A stretch of 64,000 nucleotides of DNA from Paramoeba atlantica (GCA_977017575.1 CDRNVI010000055.1:1-64000); one strand, 5' to 3'; numbered from the stretch's first letter, positions 31,812-43,409 are shown. Translations and numbers: made by a program. Notes: generated from the sequence alone by a model not told the origin.

Positions 31812-33869
31812 TCACGACTGAAGCAAGAACGTTTTCTGCATTGATTTGTCGATCTTTTTCTGCGCACGGCGAGCAGATGCTTTACTCTGGCCTCTTCGAT
31901 GACCTTCGCGCGGGTGATCAACAAATTCTTCCGGTTTTGATATCAAAATTTCGTCCGAGGCGTCAACTTCGAGACATTCCTCATCAGGACAATTGCTTTC
32001 TACACTAGTTCTCGACGCTTCGCAAGCAAAAGGATTCTTGCCTTGACCCGAGCATTCCCGTAAGTGCTTTTCATTGACAACATTTTCTTCGCGTTCTAAA
32101 GGTATATCAAGAGAAGTAACAGATGACCACTCATCCGAAGAGTCGCATCCTACCTCCGCATCAACAGATCGGTGTCTTAAAGACTTCTCAGAGGTCGTGC
32201 CCGGAGGTAAGTGCACATATAAAATGCGACCGTTCAGATAGTCTCTAAGAATTAAAAGTGCGGCTCGCGACCTGTTCGGGGTACTCGTTTTTCCCACGTA
32301 ACCACGACATACTGCTAGAGCATCCATAAGGCGTTCGCCTAGAGATAGATTCGGCTCATTCCATTCACTGGTCAAATCCACACCGTACCGACGCTCAAGT
32401 ACATCTTGTGGTACTCGTCCACAGACAACCTCCACAGTAGCTGCGTAGTCTCTCATAGTAGCTACGGGAAGAATTCCGTCACAAGTCATCTCTTCTTCTG
32501 TCTTCCCTACCACGGGAAACACGAGACCAGGACAATCGACAAGCACAAGACGTCTCTCATACTCCAAGTACAATGTTTGTAAGTGTTTCGTTTTGCCAGG
32601 AGTATGACTGACTGTGACGCGCTTTTTCCCTTGTAAGAAATTTAGCACACTACTTTTACCCACATTCGGATAGCCCACAAGACCTACGTGCAGTGCGTTA
32701 GTAAAATTGGATGAACTGCCATCTTTGTTACACGACGTTGACTCAAAGACAGTCTGACCGTCACCATCGTTAGAGCACGACTCCACCTTCCACAATTCAT
32801 AAAATACAAGAAGAGTGTCAACCAAATCTTTCGGAGTGAAGATCCGTGAGGAATTAAATACTGCATGCGCAAGCTGTTCACTGCATGAAATGGCAGGATT
32901 CTCCTCCAAAAACGATTTAGCTCTCGTCGTTCTGTTGTGCTCTGTTACTGTCAAGTTACGGGCTCTGTCAGCTTCATCCACATTGCCCCCTGCAAGCGAT
33001 TGCAAAGAGTGTCGAATAAGGGATAAATCACCTCCGGAAGCCGCCATAGAGTTCACCCAGGGGGGCAGAGTACCGATACTACTCGATTTGTGGTGGCGTC
33101 TTCTAGAACACCGCTTTTCTCCAGTAGAAATGGATGACGTACCGGCCGAGTTCTTATCTGCACTCAACTCTGAAACCTTGTGATTGACTACCAATTCGGG
33201 TTCTACATTTGAAACGCCGTCCTCAATAGCACTGAAAAAAAGAAAAGGAATACCCTCCCGCGTGAAGTATTTCGCCCATTGCTCCCGCTGTTCAGAGGTC
33301 AGCAAATCTGCTTTATTGAGCACCAATACACAGAGCCGGTTACTCTCGACAACATATTTTTCCAAATCCAGACAGCGGAAGCCAAGCGGATTTCGTGCGT
33401 CCACTATTTGCAGTATCAGACTACTGCGCTCCGCAACACGCCAGAGTTGACGCCATACCTCCAAATTCTTTTCATATGGACTCACTACCAAAGGGCGTAG
33501 TTTTTGTTCCATTGAATTCACCTCTCTGCGCCATGTAAGAAAGTAATCTCTTTCTCTCACCTCCAATTCTGCTTTTGTTTCATCGTACCTCCAGGATGGG
33601 CGACGAGGAATAGGTAAATATACGCTATGGGAGTCCGGTACTGTATCATGGTGAGATTCTGTGTGTTCAATCTTAGAGACGTTAACTAATTGAGGATGTC
33701 TGAGTGCAGCAAAGTCCTTTTCATTTTCGGCTGCAGTTTGAAAGAAGTCTTCCAACTGGGTAGCTTGCCAAGCGCTTTTCAATTCTGGAACAGATGTGAC
33801 AGGTAGCTCTGCTTTGCAAAGCGTTTGGGCTCGTGAACGAAAAGGGTGCGGGGTCTTGCTTTTCTTCAT
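31812..33869 (-). CDS. LSG1: Large-subunit GTPase 1
   Basis: PYEKNLEVWRQLWRV, DARNPL, NKADL, GYPNVGKSS, TPGKTKH, DCPGLVFP. Confidence 0.95.
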   Translation of the reverse strand: MKKSKTPHPFRSRAQTLCKAELPVTSVPELKSAWQATQLEDFFQTAAENEKDFAALRHPQLVNVSKIEHTESHHDTVPDSHSVYLPIPRRPSWRYDETKAELEVRERDYFLTWRREVNSMEQKLRPLVVSPYEKNLEVWRQLWRVAERSSLILQIVDARNPLGFRCLDLEKYVVESNRLCVLVLNKADLLTSEQREQWAKYFTREGIPFLFFSAIEDGVSNVEPELVVNHKVSELSADKNSAGTSSISTGEKRCSRRRHHKSSSIGTLPPWVNSMAASGGDLSLIRHSLQSLAGGNVDEADRARNLTVTEHNRTTRAKSFLEENPAISCSEQLAHAVFNSSRIFTPKDLVDTLLVFYELWKVESCSNDGDGQTVFESTSCNKDGSSSNFTNALHVGLVGYPNVGKSSVLNFLQGKKRVTVSHTPGKTKHLQTLYLEYERRLVLVDCPGLVFPVVGKTEEEMTCDGILPVATMRDYAATVEVVCGRVPQDVLERRYGVDLTSEWNEPNLSLGERLMDALAVCRGYVGKTSTPNRSRAALLILRDYLNGRILYVHLPPGTTSEKSLRHRSVDAEVGCDSSDEWSSVTSLDIPLEREENVVNEKHLRECSGQGKNPFACEASRTSVESNCPDEECLEVDASDEILISKPEEFVDHPREGHRRGQSKASARRAQKKIDKSMQKTFLLQS

Positions 33870-34140
33870 CAGAGAAAAACAATAATGGTTGAGAGTCTAT
33901 GATTCTTAATGCGTCGAGGTGGGTTAAATCTCTATGTTAAATCATCATTAAACGAAATACGTTATCTTATACATGAAACAAGTACATAGTAGACACAAAT
34001 ACAGTGTAGTTGTACCCTCTTACACCCTCCGTTTCGTTGAGTCTAAAGTTGTGAAGAGAAATGGGAAACTGGAAAAGTTCCGCCGCATACGTGTCATAAA
34101 CATCTAAAGGCATCAAGGAAGATCTGTCAAAACATGAAAT

Positions 34141-35211
34141 CTAAAGAGATTGTATCCACTTGTAGAATTCTGAATTCAATTCCGTATTTCCAGTGCAAGG
34201 CGAGTCTGCACTTTTGTTATCCTGGGAACTCGTCAGACCCCAATCAACTTTAGTATTTTCTAGAAAACTAGTACATGACACTAACGCCGTATCCTCCATT
34301 GCCTCGAAGCGTTTCCTTTTCAGACCACACTTTGCTAATATTCTTGCCAACGCATTTTGCCTCCTCTCCTTAATGTGTGAAATATTAGCAATACTCGGCG
34401 TGGAGGCCACACGCGACATCTCGCGCATAATCCTTTCTTTCGCGAACGATGCTCGGGGGCACATGACATCATCCGCTTTATTAAAGGCAATAAAAAGGGA
34501 AACTGGGGCGTTTTTCTGTGCTTGTTGCATCCATCGCGTGACGTCTGATAAGTACGACGCAATTTCAGTCATCCCCTCCGATTCCGCAAGACTCACACCA
34601 TCCAGAACGAACACAACAGCACGAGCACAGGTGCCCTCGTTGCCTCCCGTGATCTCACGCTCCGCGAGATGTCGCATGCGTGGGTGGCCAGGCACATCGA
34701 CAAGTTTGAAATCCTTTATTGAGGATTTGGATAACGGAACAGCTAGGCTCCTTTTTTCCAAAGTGCCTTCATTAGGCTTGTAAGAGGTGTGCGTGGGAAG
34801 GATTTCCAGACCGGCAAGATTTTGGAACAGAGCCGTTTTTCCCGATCCACACGGACCGACAAGGACAAGTTTCGGCTGCCGGACTTGGTAGAGAAAACGA
34901 AGCCAGAGGTAAGGAAATACAAGGAGTAACGATAGGATAAGAATCAATAGGCACCACGTAGAAGTCATTCCATATCGCTGAGAATAGAATTCCAAGGAAT
35001 GGTATTGCATGTCTCCAGATGGATTCCTGACCGTTTCAAATATTTCAGATTTTCCCTTCTGCTCTAGAGTTTGACCAATTGTCACGTTTGGTTCTGCGGC
35101 CAAAACAATGGCTCTCACGATGACGCTGCTGGAAACGTGAGAGTTCGAGTGAATACTTGCCCAGAATACAACAATCAGCGCCGCAATCTGCGTCGTCATT
35201 ATTTGAAACAT
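34141..35211 (-). CDS. SRPRB: Signal recognition particle receptor beta subunit
   Basis: TM anchor followed by GPCGSGKT, DVPGHPRMR and FNKAD. Confidence 0.85.
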   Translation of the reverse strand: MFQIMTTQIAALIVVFWASIHSNSHVSSSVIVRAIVLAAEPNVTIGQTLEQKGKSEIFETVRNPSGDMQYHSLEFYSQRYGMTSTWCLLILILSLLLVFPYLWLRFLYQVRQPKLVLVGPCGSGKTALFQNLAGLEILPTHTSYKPNEGTLEKRSLAVPLSKSSIKDFKLVDVPGHPRMRHLAEREITGGNEGTCARAVVFVLDGVSLAESEGMTEIASYLSDVTRWMQQAQKNAPVSLFIAFNKADDVMCPRASFAKERIMREMSRVASTPSIANISHIKERRQNALARILAKCGLKRKRFEAMEDTALVSCTSFLENTKVDWGLTSSQDNKSADSPCTGNTELNSEFYKWIQSL

Positions 35212-35398
35212 TCTTACAGGGAGAAATCTTATTTTCTGGTCTCTAAATGTAGTACACGTAGTCTTTAGAATAGAGAAAATGAATTTTTTGAGACTAAAAA
35301 ATAACGAAATGTCAATTATTCTACCGAAGTGAATGTAACATCAACTCCAAGACTTTGTTTTATGACCCGGAAATGTTTCCCAAGGTCTGACGGTGCAC

Positions 35399-37594
35399 CT
35401 AGGCATCCATTGGAATATGTTTCGGAGCTTTGTACCCTTGACCAAGCTTCTGCAAACCCTTCTCCTCTCGTGAAAAGTGGAAGTTAGACTTCACATATTT
35501 TGCATGCCTTGGATGCAAGGGTAGAGCTGGGTCAATTCCCCACAGAGGGTCATCGAAAAGATCGTCTTTGGTGGCATCGAACGTCGCGCTTTTATCATTC
35601 GAAGGTGTAGTGGTGTGGGACATATCTGAAGCTACAGCAGTTTCTTCTGGCACAGTATCCACTGTAAGCCTATTAATACCTTCCCACGTGGCATCCAGGC
35701 TTCGAGCCATTGGTTGCAATTGCTGCGGTGCGGTGCGACATTCCTTAGTATAAAGACTGCGGAGAATACCATAGGCTTCTGAAATGCAATTACATCTACT
35801 AATAGGAACCCTCTTTAAGAGAGCCATGTCCAGCACGCACATTATTTTATTATGTAAAGCGTTAGCTAACTCAAACTCAGCATCAGCTCTTTTAAGAGAG
35901 TCAGAATTGCTTAACTTTTTCCCTCGTGAACGCAACTTTGAGAAATTTTGTTCGTTCGTGTTCAGAGTCGACGAAGCTATGTGGTTTGAATAATGGTGCT
36001 CCAATGACTTCAGTAATGAACAACGTCTAAACGGCTCTATAAGTGAATACAAAAGAAAAAAATAGATTCGCATGTTCACCTCGAAATTTGAACCGGCAAA
36101 AAATTTTAGAATACTCAAAATTCGCGAAAAGTCACCTAGCTGAGAAAGTATGGCCACATGCTCAGTGAGGATCCATTCCTCATAGTTTGAACGAGGATAT
36201 ACTTTGCGAACGTGGCGGATGCTGCTGTCCACGAATTCACGTATTAAAGTGAAGGGTAATGCTTTTTGTAAGCCACCATCGAGTGATTGCAGTTCACTCT
36301 CAATTAGTCCCCTAAAAATCGCTCGCAGCATATGAAATACAGCTTCCGGCAAAATTTGTATCGAACGAACTTTGTAGTCTGGACCCAGAACGAGATTGTA
36401 TATCTCCATTGCCAACTGCATGTCGGAATTCACGGCGCATCCCATCATCATGTAAGTAACTGTTCGGTAATCCGGAAGGAGTCCTCGATTCGTTTGCTGG
36501 TCAGTTGATAAAAGATCATTCATGAGCGAACGTGCCAGTTCCATGTATCCCGGAGTTTTGCAAAGAGTGTACATTACACTGTGCGCCATTTCAATTGTGG
36601 GAATAAGATTGAGAGTTCGGAGCTCAGCAAACACGCCTAGTGCACGTTCACAGTGGCCAGGACATTCACTTGCCAAAGTCAAATAAGAAGCATAAGCTGG
36701 AGCGTCTCTTTTCTCATCAAAGAATTCGAAAAGGTCCCACACCTCGTTCCCAAGCTCCCACTTTCTTTGCTCTGCCGCAATGCGAATCATACGACATAAA
36801 GTGACGGATGGTACTCTTACACCTAGTTTTAACAGCTTTTCAAACTCGAGCCACGCTGTTTCGTGTTCTTCACATGTCTCGCATAATTCTAAAATAGCGT
36901 CATACAACTCACTATTCTCCGTTATATCGTAGTCAGCTATGCGATTACGAAACCATTCATAGCCTTCCTTCCACCTTCCAATGCTAGCACAACAGCGTAT
37001 TAAAGCAGCGTGGGTATGGGCACCAATTTCAACTGGTGGGACCATCGTAGCTAACACTCGTTCGAACATTTCCTCCACGTGAGGATAGTACTGATCGCTG
37101 CCTTGGCGGATGAGTATAGAACGGGCGTAACGAAAGATAGCAGCTAAATCACGATCCGTTAGAGGAATACGACACATCAAGTAATCATTCAACAGACGAT
37201 GAGGCATAGGAAGCAGACGTCCATGCCGTATAAGTTTCTCAACGTCAACTGCATGTAAAAACCGACGATGGTGCGAATAGCGAGCCTCTCTCAAATTAGC
37301 ACATTTAATCCAGCGATTAAAATATGGAGTAATATGCGGCGAATCGGGATCTACCCACACGCGTGGTACATAATGAAATCCGAAGTCCTCTCCGTATCCC
37401 CCGAGATCACTATGACGGTGTGGACTACGGTGCAAAAAATTATATGCTTCTTGGTCTTCGTCGCTTACTGCAGGTTTCCCATCTGCCGAATCATCGCGCC
37501 ATGGCCGTAAAGTCTTTGGACAAATATAATTCCTGTCAACGACCAATTTTGTAAATCGATTCAAGTAGGCGGTGCTACGACGAAATGCAGGCAT
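35399..37594 (-). CDS. Pentatricopeptide-repeat protein (probably mitochondrial)
   Basis: Tandem helical repeats of about 35 aa (HAALIRCCASIGRWKEGYEWF..., AYASYLTLASECPGHCERALGVFAEL...). ATG at 37594. Confidence 0.75.
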   Translation of the reverse strand: MPAFRRSTAYLNRFTKLVVDRNYICPKTLRPWRDDSADGKPAVSDEDQEAYNFLHRSPHRHSDLGGYGEDFGFHYVPRVWVDPDSPHITPYFNRWIKCANLREARYSHHRRFLHAVDVEKLIRHGRLLPMPHRLLNDYLMCRIPLTDRDLAAIFRYARSILIRQGSDQYYPHVEEMFERVLATMVPPVEIGAHTHAALIRCCASIGRWKEGYEWFRNRIADYDITENSELYDAILELCETCEEHETAWLEFEKLLKLGVRVPSVTLCRMIRIAAEQRKWELGNEVWDLFEFFDEKRDAPAYASYLTLASECPGHCERALGVFAELRTLNLIPTIEMAHSVMYTLCKTPGYMELARSLMNDLLSTDQQTNRGLLPDYRTVTYMMMGCAVNSDMQLAMEIYNLVLGPDYKVRSIQILPEAVFHMLRAIFRGLIESELQSLDGGLQKALPFTLIREFVDSSIRHVRKVYPRSNYEEWILTEHVAILSQLGDFSRILSILKFFAGSNFEVNMRIYFFLLYSLIEPFRRCSLLKSLEHHYSNHIASSTLNTNEQNFSKLRSRGKKLSNSDSLKRADAEFELANALHNKIMCVLDMALLKRVPISRCNCISEAYGILRSLYTKECRTAPQQLQPMARSLDATWEGINRLTVDTVPEETAVASDMSHTTTPSNDKSATFDATKDDLFDDPLWGIDPALPLHPRHAKYVKSNFHFSREEKGLQKLGQGYKAPKHIPMDA

Positions 37595-37907
37595 TGGTTC
37601 TACCACCCACCGTTCTATGATAGCTGTGAAGAGCTTGAAATAGTTAAAAATGATATTGAGATTTTTAGAGGAAGATTATTTAGACTATTTAGATTTATTT
37701 TTTGTACACTTCTTAAAGTGAGTAGGAAAACAAATTTTATTACTCTAAGCATCGTCTCGAATTCCCCTTGGTGCTGAAAGCATTGAAGGCTAAATACAAG
37801 GAGTATCCTATGGTGATGCTAAACGTAGCATCAAAAATGGTACTGCAAAACTTTATATCTCTCATACCATATTTGGTAAACAATTTACAGATAATCTTTT
37901 TGGTCCA

Positions 37908-39326
37908 TTACTTATCAATTAAGTTGTACCAAATACATCCTTGAATTTCATGAGGGATTGGTACTTCAGGTCCTCGAAAGGTCTTGCATGCGTCGTCATA
38001 GCACCGCTGACTCATAGTTCGACGTATGAGATGAATGGATACATACGTGCCATTGCTTTTATGCTCTCTGCCGACATTGATACAGTACCTAGAGTTTTTC
38101 AAAGCGTAATACACTGTGAATGCTTGTATATTCCATATACAGGATCGAAAATCGTCAACACATGTAAGAATGTACCTATCCAACTCTGGATGAAAGCAAT
38201 TCGAATGAAGATGCTTGGGATGATCTCCCTTTTGCAGGGCACTAACTACATTGTCAATGACGCTTTCAGCCAGGCCTGCTGGTAGAAGCGAAACATTAGC
38301 AGAAGAAATTCCCAAACTATGAAGGAGGTCCTCGCTTAACGGTTTGATTATTTTTGAAAAAGAAGCCTTTGGCCGCAGAGGAGCATACACTCGGTGTTCA
38401 GCAGGATGTTTTTTCGAGTCTGTGTCAGAGAAGTGCTTAGTGAAATGCGCAGGGAGTAAAATTGTATCGGATTGATCAGTGATCAAACCACGGTGAAATA
38501 CCTCATAAGCATCCCAAAGCCCGGTAGGAGCGCATTCCTCTGCAAGTGATGTCGAATTTGATTGAACAACGTTCGCATAAATCGGCACTAAAGTACTATT
38601 TTTATCCTTTTTACAGCACCATGGGCTACGAAATGTCCTGTTCCTACTGTAAACTGACGTGTCTATCAGATCAACGCCCAGTGCTGCACGCATGTATGGA
38701 CATATAAAACTCTTAATCCAGAGTCCTAACTCCATATTATTAGGAAAAACGCAGTGAAATCCGTTCGTCAAGGAAGTCGGCAATCGTACTATAACATGCA
38801 GTGAAAATTTTTCTTTCACAATTGGAAGACTCTGAAGCACGAATAGGTCTTGTGATGATACAATACTACGGCGGGCATCGTGTCCCCACATGGGAAAAAT
38901 ACCACTACAGTTTATAGCATCCCGCAGTGCAGACACTATATTGTTGAGTGGAGGCGCGGAGCGTTCGTGACATTCTAAGTCAAAATAAGGGTGACAAGGT
39001 GTTCCTTCTTCTATCAATTCATAATAGTGACGATGAAGGGGTTCCTCAGCTTTAATTCTTTCCCAAATCGCACGCACCGTGCCCACTATAAAGTAACGAT
39101 CTCCCTTCGTTTTGGTTGCTCCAGAATTATCTAACCTCCATGAGAAAGTACGCAGATCTGCATTGTCTGATATTGGCTGGCTCGAACCTCTGGAGGGCCT
39201 CTCAACACCGAATACAAACAGAGTATTTGAAGATTGTGTATCATTTAGCCCTCTCTTCCGCGACATATGGTGTCGCCATTCCAGTGCTTCTGATTGTCGA
39301 AAGAACACTTCGACTCCATCAGTCAT
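37908..39326 (-). CDS. PRIMPOL: PrimPol-like primase-polymerase
   Basis: YFDLE (DxE), FSLHV (SxH), IDTSVYSRNRTFR, C-terminal Zn finger RYCINVGREHKSN...CYDDAC. First ATG at 39326. Confidence 0.9.
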   Translation of the reverse strand: MTDGVEVFFRQSEALEWRHHMSRKRGLNDTQSSNTLFVFGVERPSRGSSQPISDNADLRTFSWRLDNSGATKTKGDRYFIVGTVRAIWERIKAEEPLHRHYYELIEEGTPCHPYFDLECHERSAPPLNNIVSALRDAINCSGIFPMWGHDARRSIVSSQDLFVLQSLPIVKEKFSLHVIVRLPTSLTNGFHCVFPNNMELGLWIKSFICPYMRAALGVDLIDTSVYSRNRTFRSPWCCKKDKNSTLVPIYANVVQSNSTSLAEECAPTGLWDAYEVFHRGLITDQSDTILLPAHFTKHFSDTDSKKHPAEHRVYAPLRPKASFSKIIKPLSEDLLHSLGISSANVSLLPAGLAESVIDNVVSALQKGDHPKHLHSNCFHPELDRYILTCVDDFRSCIWNIQAFTVYYALKNSRYCINVGREHKSNGTYVSIHLIRRTMSQRCYDDACKTFRGPEVPIPHEIQGCIWYNLIDK

Positions 39327-39598
39327 ATAAGTACAGGACCATATTAAGTTACACTGACCGAAAAATCCGACATAATCTAAAACACATCTAAACTCCAAAA
39401 AAGGTATTGAATTCTTTTATACAGAGAACGTTTGTAGCTTCTCCTTCGGGAACAATGATCTTCTTGAAAGAACAGTTCACTAATGACTACCAGCAAAAGT
39501 TACCAGTAGTGATTAATAATATCACAGGTAAAAATCATAGAAGTGAAAAAAACGCCATAAATAACAAAGAAAACAAAAGAATAATGCCCTATAAAGTT

Positions 39599-40933
39599 AA
39601 CCCCCGCGTCACCAATAAGTGACCCCCCCTTATTTTTAGCACAGGGGGTCGTGGGGGGTTATCATACCACGTTGTCGTTCAAAATTTTGAGATCTGTACG
39701 TTCCCGCTGTTTTTAGCTCATTTTAAAACTTTAAAATTCAGTAAAATTTTTTTTTTTTTAACTTTTTTTTCAAAAATGCCAAAATCAACATATAGACTCC
39801 CAAGAGGGGGGCTGACTTCTAGTGGAAAGGTTCTTTTAAAGATGAGGCACGGACAAGGAGTACCAATAAAAGAGCTAGCCCGTGATTTCAACGTTTCTAG
39901 AAGGATAGTTAAAAAATATTTGAACGAAAAATAAACTACCCCAGTATACACTTTGAGTCCTGAGCGAAAAAAAATAATGAAAACTCGTAAAACGAAAATT
40001 GAGAAGATAATAACCCCTCTTGACCCCGCTGGAGTACCGAGACTCAATTCATCAAGGCGCATAGCAGCCCAATTGAAGAAAAAGAATATACAAGTTTCAA
40101 AAAGAACTGTACAGAGAGACTTATCATCCCTGGATTACAGTTATGCCGCTCGACCGCTATGCCAAGGGCTTACCGAACGACAAAAAGTAAAAAGAGTTCA
40201 ATTTGCGTTGAATTACAATATGGATACTTCCCGTGTCATCTTTACAGACGAAAAAACATTTGATACGAATGATGGCAGAAGAAAAATGTGGGTAAGGCGC
40301 GGTCAAAAAGCAGCCCCGCGTCAAAAAGTACGTCGGGCACCAAGATGCCAAGTTTGGGGTGCTGTAGGGGTGGGGTGGAGGTACTTGGTAATTCTACAAA
40401 ATGACACATCTATTACAAGTGAGACGTACATAGAAACATTAAAAGAGGTAGATTTCCCCCCTAATCGTATTTTTCAGCAAGATGGGGCAACGGCACACAC
40501 TGCTCGTGCCTCAAAGGAGTACATTGAAAGCGCAATGAGTGAACTTCTGAAAAATTGGCCCCCCAACTCACCAGATCTTTCCCCAATAGAAAACGTCTGG
40601 TCTATGCTCCAAGGGGCGGTGGACGAACAGACCCCATCGGATAAGCCTTCACTCATCCGATGTGTACGCAAAGCGTGGTCTCGCTTGTCTCAAAATGTGA
40701 TCGACAAAACGGTCTTAAGCTTTGACTCACGCCTTAAGGAGTGTATAAGATTGAAAGGCGAAAAAGTGAAAAAATGGTAATTCCTCAATAAAATATACGT
40801 ATTCGCTTCTTTTAGTTTCATTCCTTCTCGCGCAAAGTCTTTGTGTTGAGATCTGCAAAATGCAACAAAAATCAGCTTAAACGGACACTTGTACGAAAAA
40901 AAAGTGGAGGTTCACTTTTCATGACGCGGGGTT
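39599..40933 (+). mobile_element. Near-intact IS630/Tc1-like DD35E transposon (element A)
   Basis: Imperfect TIRs AACCCCCGCGTCA.../...TGACGCGGGGTT. ORF from ATG 39776 to 40780 with a single in-frame TAA (39932-39934). FTDEK, QQDGA, 35 residues, then E of PIEN. Confidence 0.9.
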
Positions 40934-41036
40934 TTTATAATCTACGTGGGCCACCTCGAAGAAGATGTCGACATCACACCTTCTCTGCCTGAAAAACCAA
41001 GGGGGGGTAGGCCATCGACCCTGGGTCACGATACCA

Positions 41037-41050
41037 TACCCCCCCCCGTA
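41037..41050. mobile_element. TA-flanked micro-remnant (C9G) in a palindromic target
   Basis: tacca-TA-CCCCCCCCCG-TA-tggta. Confidence 0.5.
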
Positions 41051-41309
41051 TGGTACGAGGTCACAGGCATGCTAAACCGGACCCCCGTTTAACATAAGAA
41101 GGTCGGTATTCACCGTACGAGTGGTGCATTTATGTTTTATGAATACACGAATGATGGTTCTGAGCTCTTGCATTTTTTTTATTCGTGAAGTCATGCTGCA
41201 GAGAGTGCTACCTAGAAAAATTTCACGTTATTTAGGAATTTGTCTGTATTTACGAGTAAGATAGAGCGACATAACTTGTTTTGACCGTTTTTGGCCACTG
41301 CAGGGCATA

Positions 41310-42237
41310 AACCCCGGGACACGATAAGTCACCCCCCTCTAAAATTTGGTTACTTTATCCGTTTGGGCTAATTTGTTGCATTTTTCAGATCTCGATGACG
41401 CTTGTTTGCGCATATCATATAGAGAATAAATCTGGGAACCAATAAAATATGAATTTAGTATTACTACTTTTTTACTTTTTAGCCACCATTTTTTTTGCAA
41501 AATTTCAGGCATCTGTCGAAACTTAAAACAGTACGGTCAAGCTCAGATTCAAGAATATTATTAAAAGCTTCTTTACGCACTTAATTAGAGAGGTAGTACA
41601 AGACGGATTCATTTCATTTACGCGTTGCTGAATCATTTCCCACACGTTCTCAATAGGATTAAGATCAGGAGAACCTGCCGGCCAATTTGGTATGTATTTA
41701 ATTTTTGAAGTAAAGAAATAGGTTTTCGTACTTTTCGTCGTGTGTGCACCCGCCCCATCTTGCTGAAAAATAAATTTGCGGGGAAAGGGAGCATTACTTA
41801 ACATTTCTACACAAGCTTCACTTGGGATTGAAATGTTGGATAGTAGCACCACAAGGTAACACCATCCAACTCCAATGGCACCTCACACGTGACACTTGGG
41901 CGCCCAACGCTTTTTCTGCGTGGGGACGGCCTTTTCTCCTCGGGCAACTCACTTCTTTTGATGTGTATAATTCGTACTAAATATCTTCTCATCAGATAAA
42001 CATTATTATCCCCCTTTTGTAAGACGGTACCTGGATTTCACCATGAAAAAAAATTCTTGTCAGAAAAAAATCTTGTCAGACCAAGAAAAGTAGCTTTTTT
42101 TCATTTTTTTAAAAGCAGCTAAAAATAGCGGGAACATGTAGATCTCGAAATTCTGAACGAAAAAGTGGCATCATAACTTCCCTAGGCTCCTTCATGCAAA
42201 AAAATAGGGGGGGGTGACTTATTCGCGTACCGGGGCT
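41310..42237 (-). mobile_element. Deleted DD35E sibling of element A (element B), TA TSD
   Basis: TA|AACCCCGG...CCGGGGCT|TA. Both subterminal regions align with those of A. Frame 42002-41523 reads SDEKIF...QKK*VARG...CHV*GAIGVGW...QQDGAGAH...SPDLNPIEN. Confidence 0.88.
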
Positions 42238-42352
42238 TATAATAATTCGACTGTGTCGGACTGTGTAATATCGATTACTTTGTAACAATTTCTCCCCAAA
42301 TTGCGTTATGTTTCAAAGCTTCAATTGACTCGAAATTTAAAATAGCTTTACC

Positions 42353-42435
42353 TCAGAATACTACATTTCATGTCTCATTGGGTAAACCCTCGGACAAGAG
42401 GTGTCATAAAAGCAGTTGTGCTGCAGAATCATCAT
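42353..42435 (-). ncRNA. C/D-box snoRNA copy 1 (predicted LSU rRNA Gm guide)
   Basis: ATGATGA (C)...TGACACCTCTTGT-CCGA (D')...ATGAGA (C')...CTGA (D), 83 nt. The guide is antisense to the conserved LSU segment GAGGUGUCAGAAAAG. Confidence 0.75.
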
Positions 42436-42632
42436 GGAAGATGTAGTACTCCTTTCATTAACTCTCATAATTGTCGGCTATATCTCTACTTGTGTGACGG
42501 GTCAACTAAATGACAGCCACCTCGTTGACGGCAAACGGACTGTAAACGAAGTTTTTAGAAATGATTTTTTACGCTGTAACATTTTGTACATGTAATGACC
42601 TACATATGTATACACACCTACATATGTATACA

Positions 42633-42644
42633 TACGGGGGTGTA
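42633..42644. mobile_element. TA-flanked micro-remnant (CGGGGGTG)
   Basis: taca-TA-CGGGGGTG-TA-tgta; GGGGGTG equals the right terminus of the adjacent 42663-43038 element. Confidence 0.5.
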
Positions 42645-42662
42645 TGTACTGTATGTACTATA

Positions 42663-43038
42663 CACCCCCTACTTAAATGTTACCCCTTTTTGGAGAAAAG
42701 TGACAAATAACTAGGGGGGTCGGGTGTGTGACAAATAACTAAGGGGGGGTTCGGTGGATGACAAACAACTCGGGAGGTTAGTGTCGTTGGGCGCGATCAA
42801 AATGGAAACATTTTTTGATCTGAAAATCAGTACAGAGACGATATTTTTATCTCTTTACCAGTTGTGTAATGGGACAATAAAGTAATTTTTTTTGGAACGA
42901 AATCGCAAAAAAAGAATCGGCGTCGCTTCGAAATGCTTGTTTGTGGTGAATTTACTAGCTTTCCTCAGAACTGACAAATAAGTAGGGAGGAGTGGACGGT
43001 GACAATCACGAAGGGGGGTATAGTATGTAGGGGGGGTG
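42663..43038. mobile_element. 376-bp MITE with internal direct repeats of about 29 bp
   Basis: acta-TA|CACCCCCTAC...GTAGGGGGGGTG|TA-tagt. TGACAAA(T/C)AACT units at 42701, 42729 and 42759. Confidence 0.75.
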
Positions 43039-43281
43039 TATAGTCTCCCAAATTTTTCTCCAAGCAAGGCGACGTCGGATGCATTTCCCCCTCTCCTTGA
43101 TTGCTTGTTTATTATTGCCCTATGACGTGCGTCTTCCATCCCCTTTCCACGTTGCCAAGGAGGCATGTGGCTCCGGGTTTGGACCGAAATTGCAGGGTTA
43201 AAGACGACCCACGGCACAGAAAGGAAGCATTCCTTGTTTAATTTTATAAGATTCAGAACATATTGTTTAATTTTATAGGAT

Positions 43282-43364
43282 TCAGAATATATTGTTCAAA
43301 GTCTCATTGAGCATAGTCTCGGACAAGAGGTGTCATAAGAGCAGTGCTACTGCTGTATCATCAT
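43282..43364 (-). ncRNA. C/D-box snoRNA copy 2
   Basis: Same C, D', C' and D boxes and guide as copy 1; first unit of a 128-bp tandem duplication. Confidence 0.78.
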
Positions 43365-43409
43365 GTAAAACATGTTGTAAATCGGATGACTTTATTAATT
43401 TTATGAGAA

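Noticed and set aside
26511-31815. Long Pro-rich or Gly/Arg-rich alternative ORFs (e.g. 26511-26903, 27232-27902, 30783-31687; also 61371-62226)
   Set aside because: Shadow frames caused by stop depletion in the GC-skew islands; they overlap recognisable genes.
33869-33948. ATGATGA...CTGA 80-nt snoRNA-like spacing upstream of LSG1
   Set aside because: Overlaps the pyrimidine tract and start codon; no rRNA-complementary guide or internal boxes recognised.
42480-42560. Single-hairpin H/ACA-like (AGA box) candidate
   Set aside because: A stem can be drawn, but no convincing rRNA target for the pocket was found.
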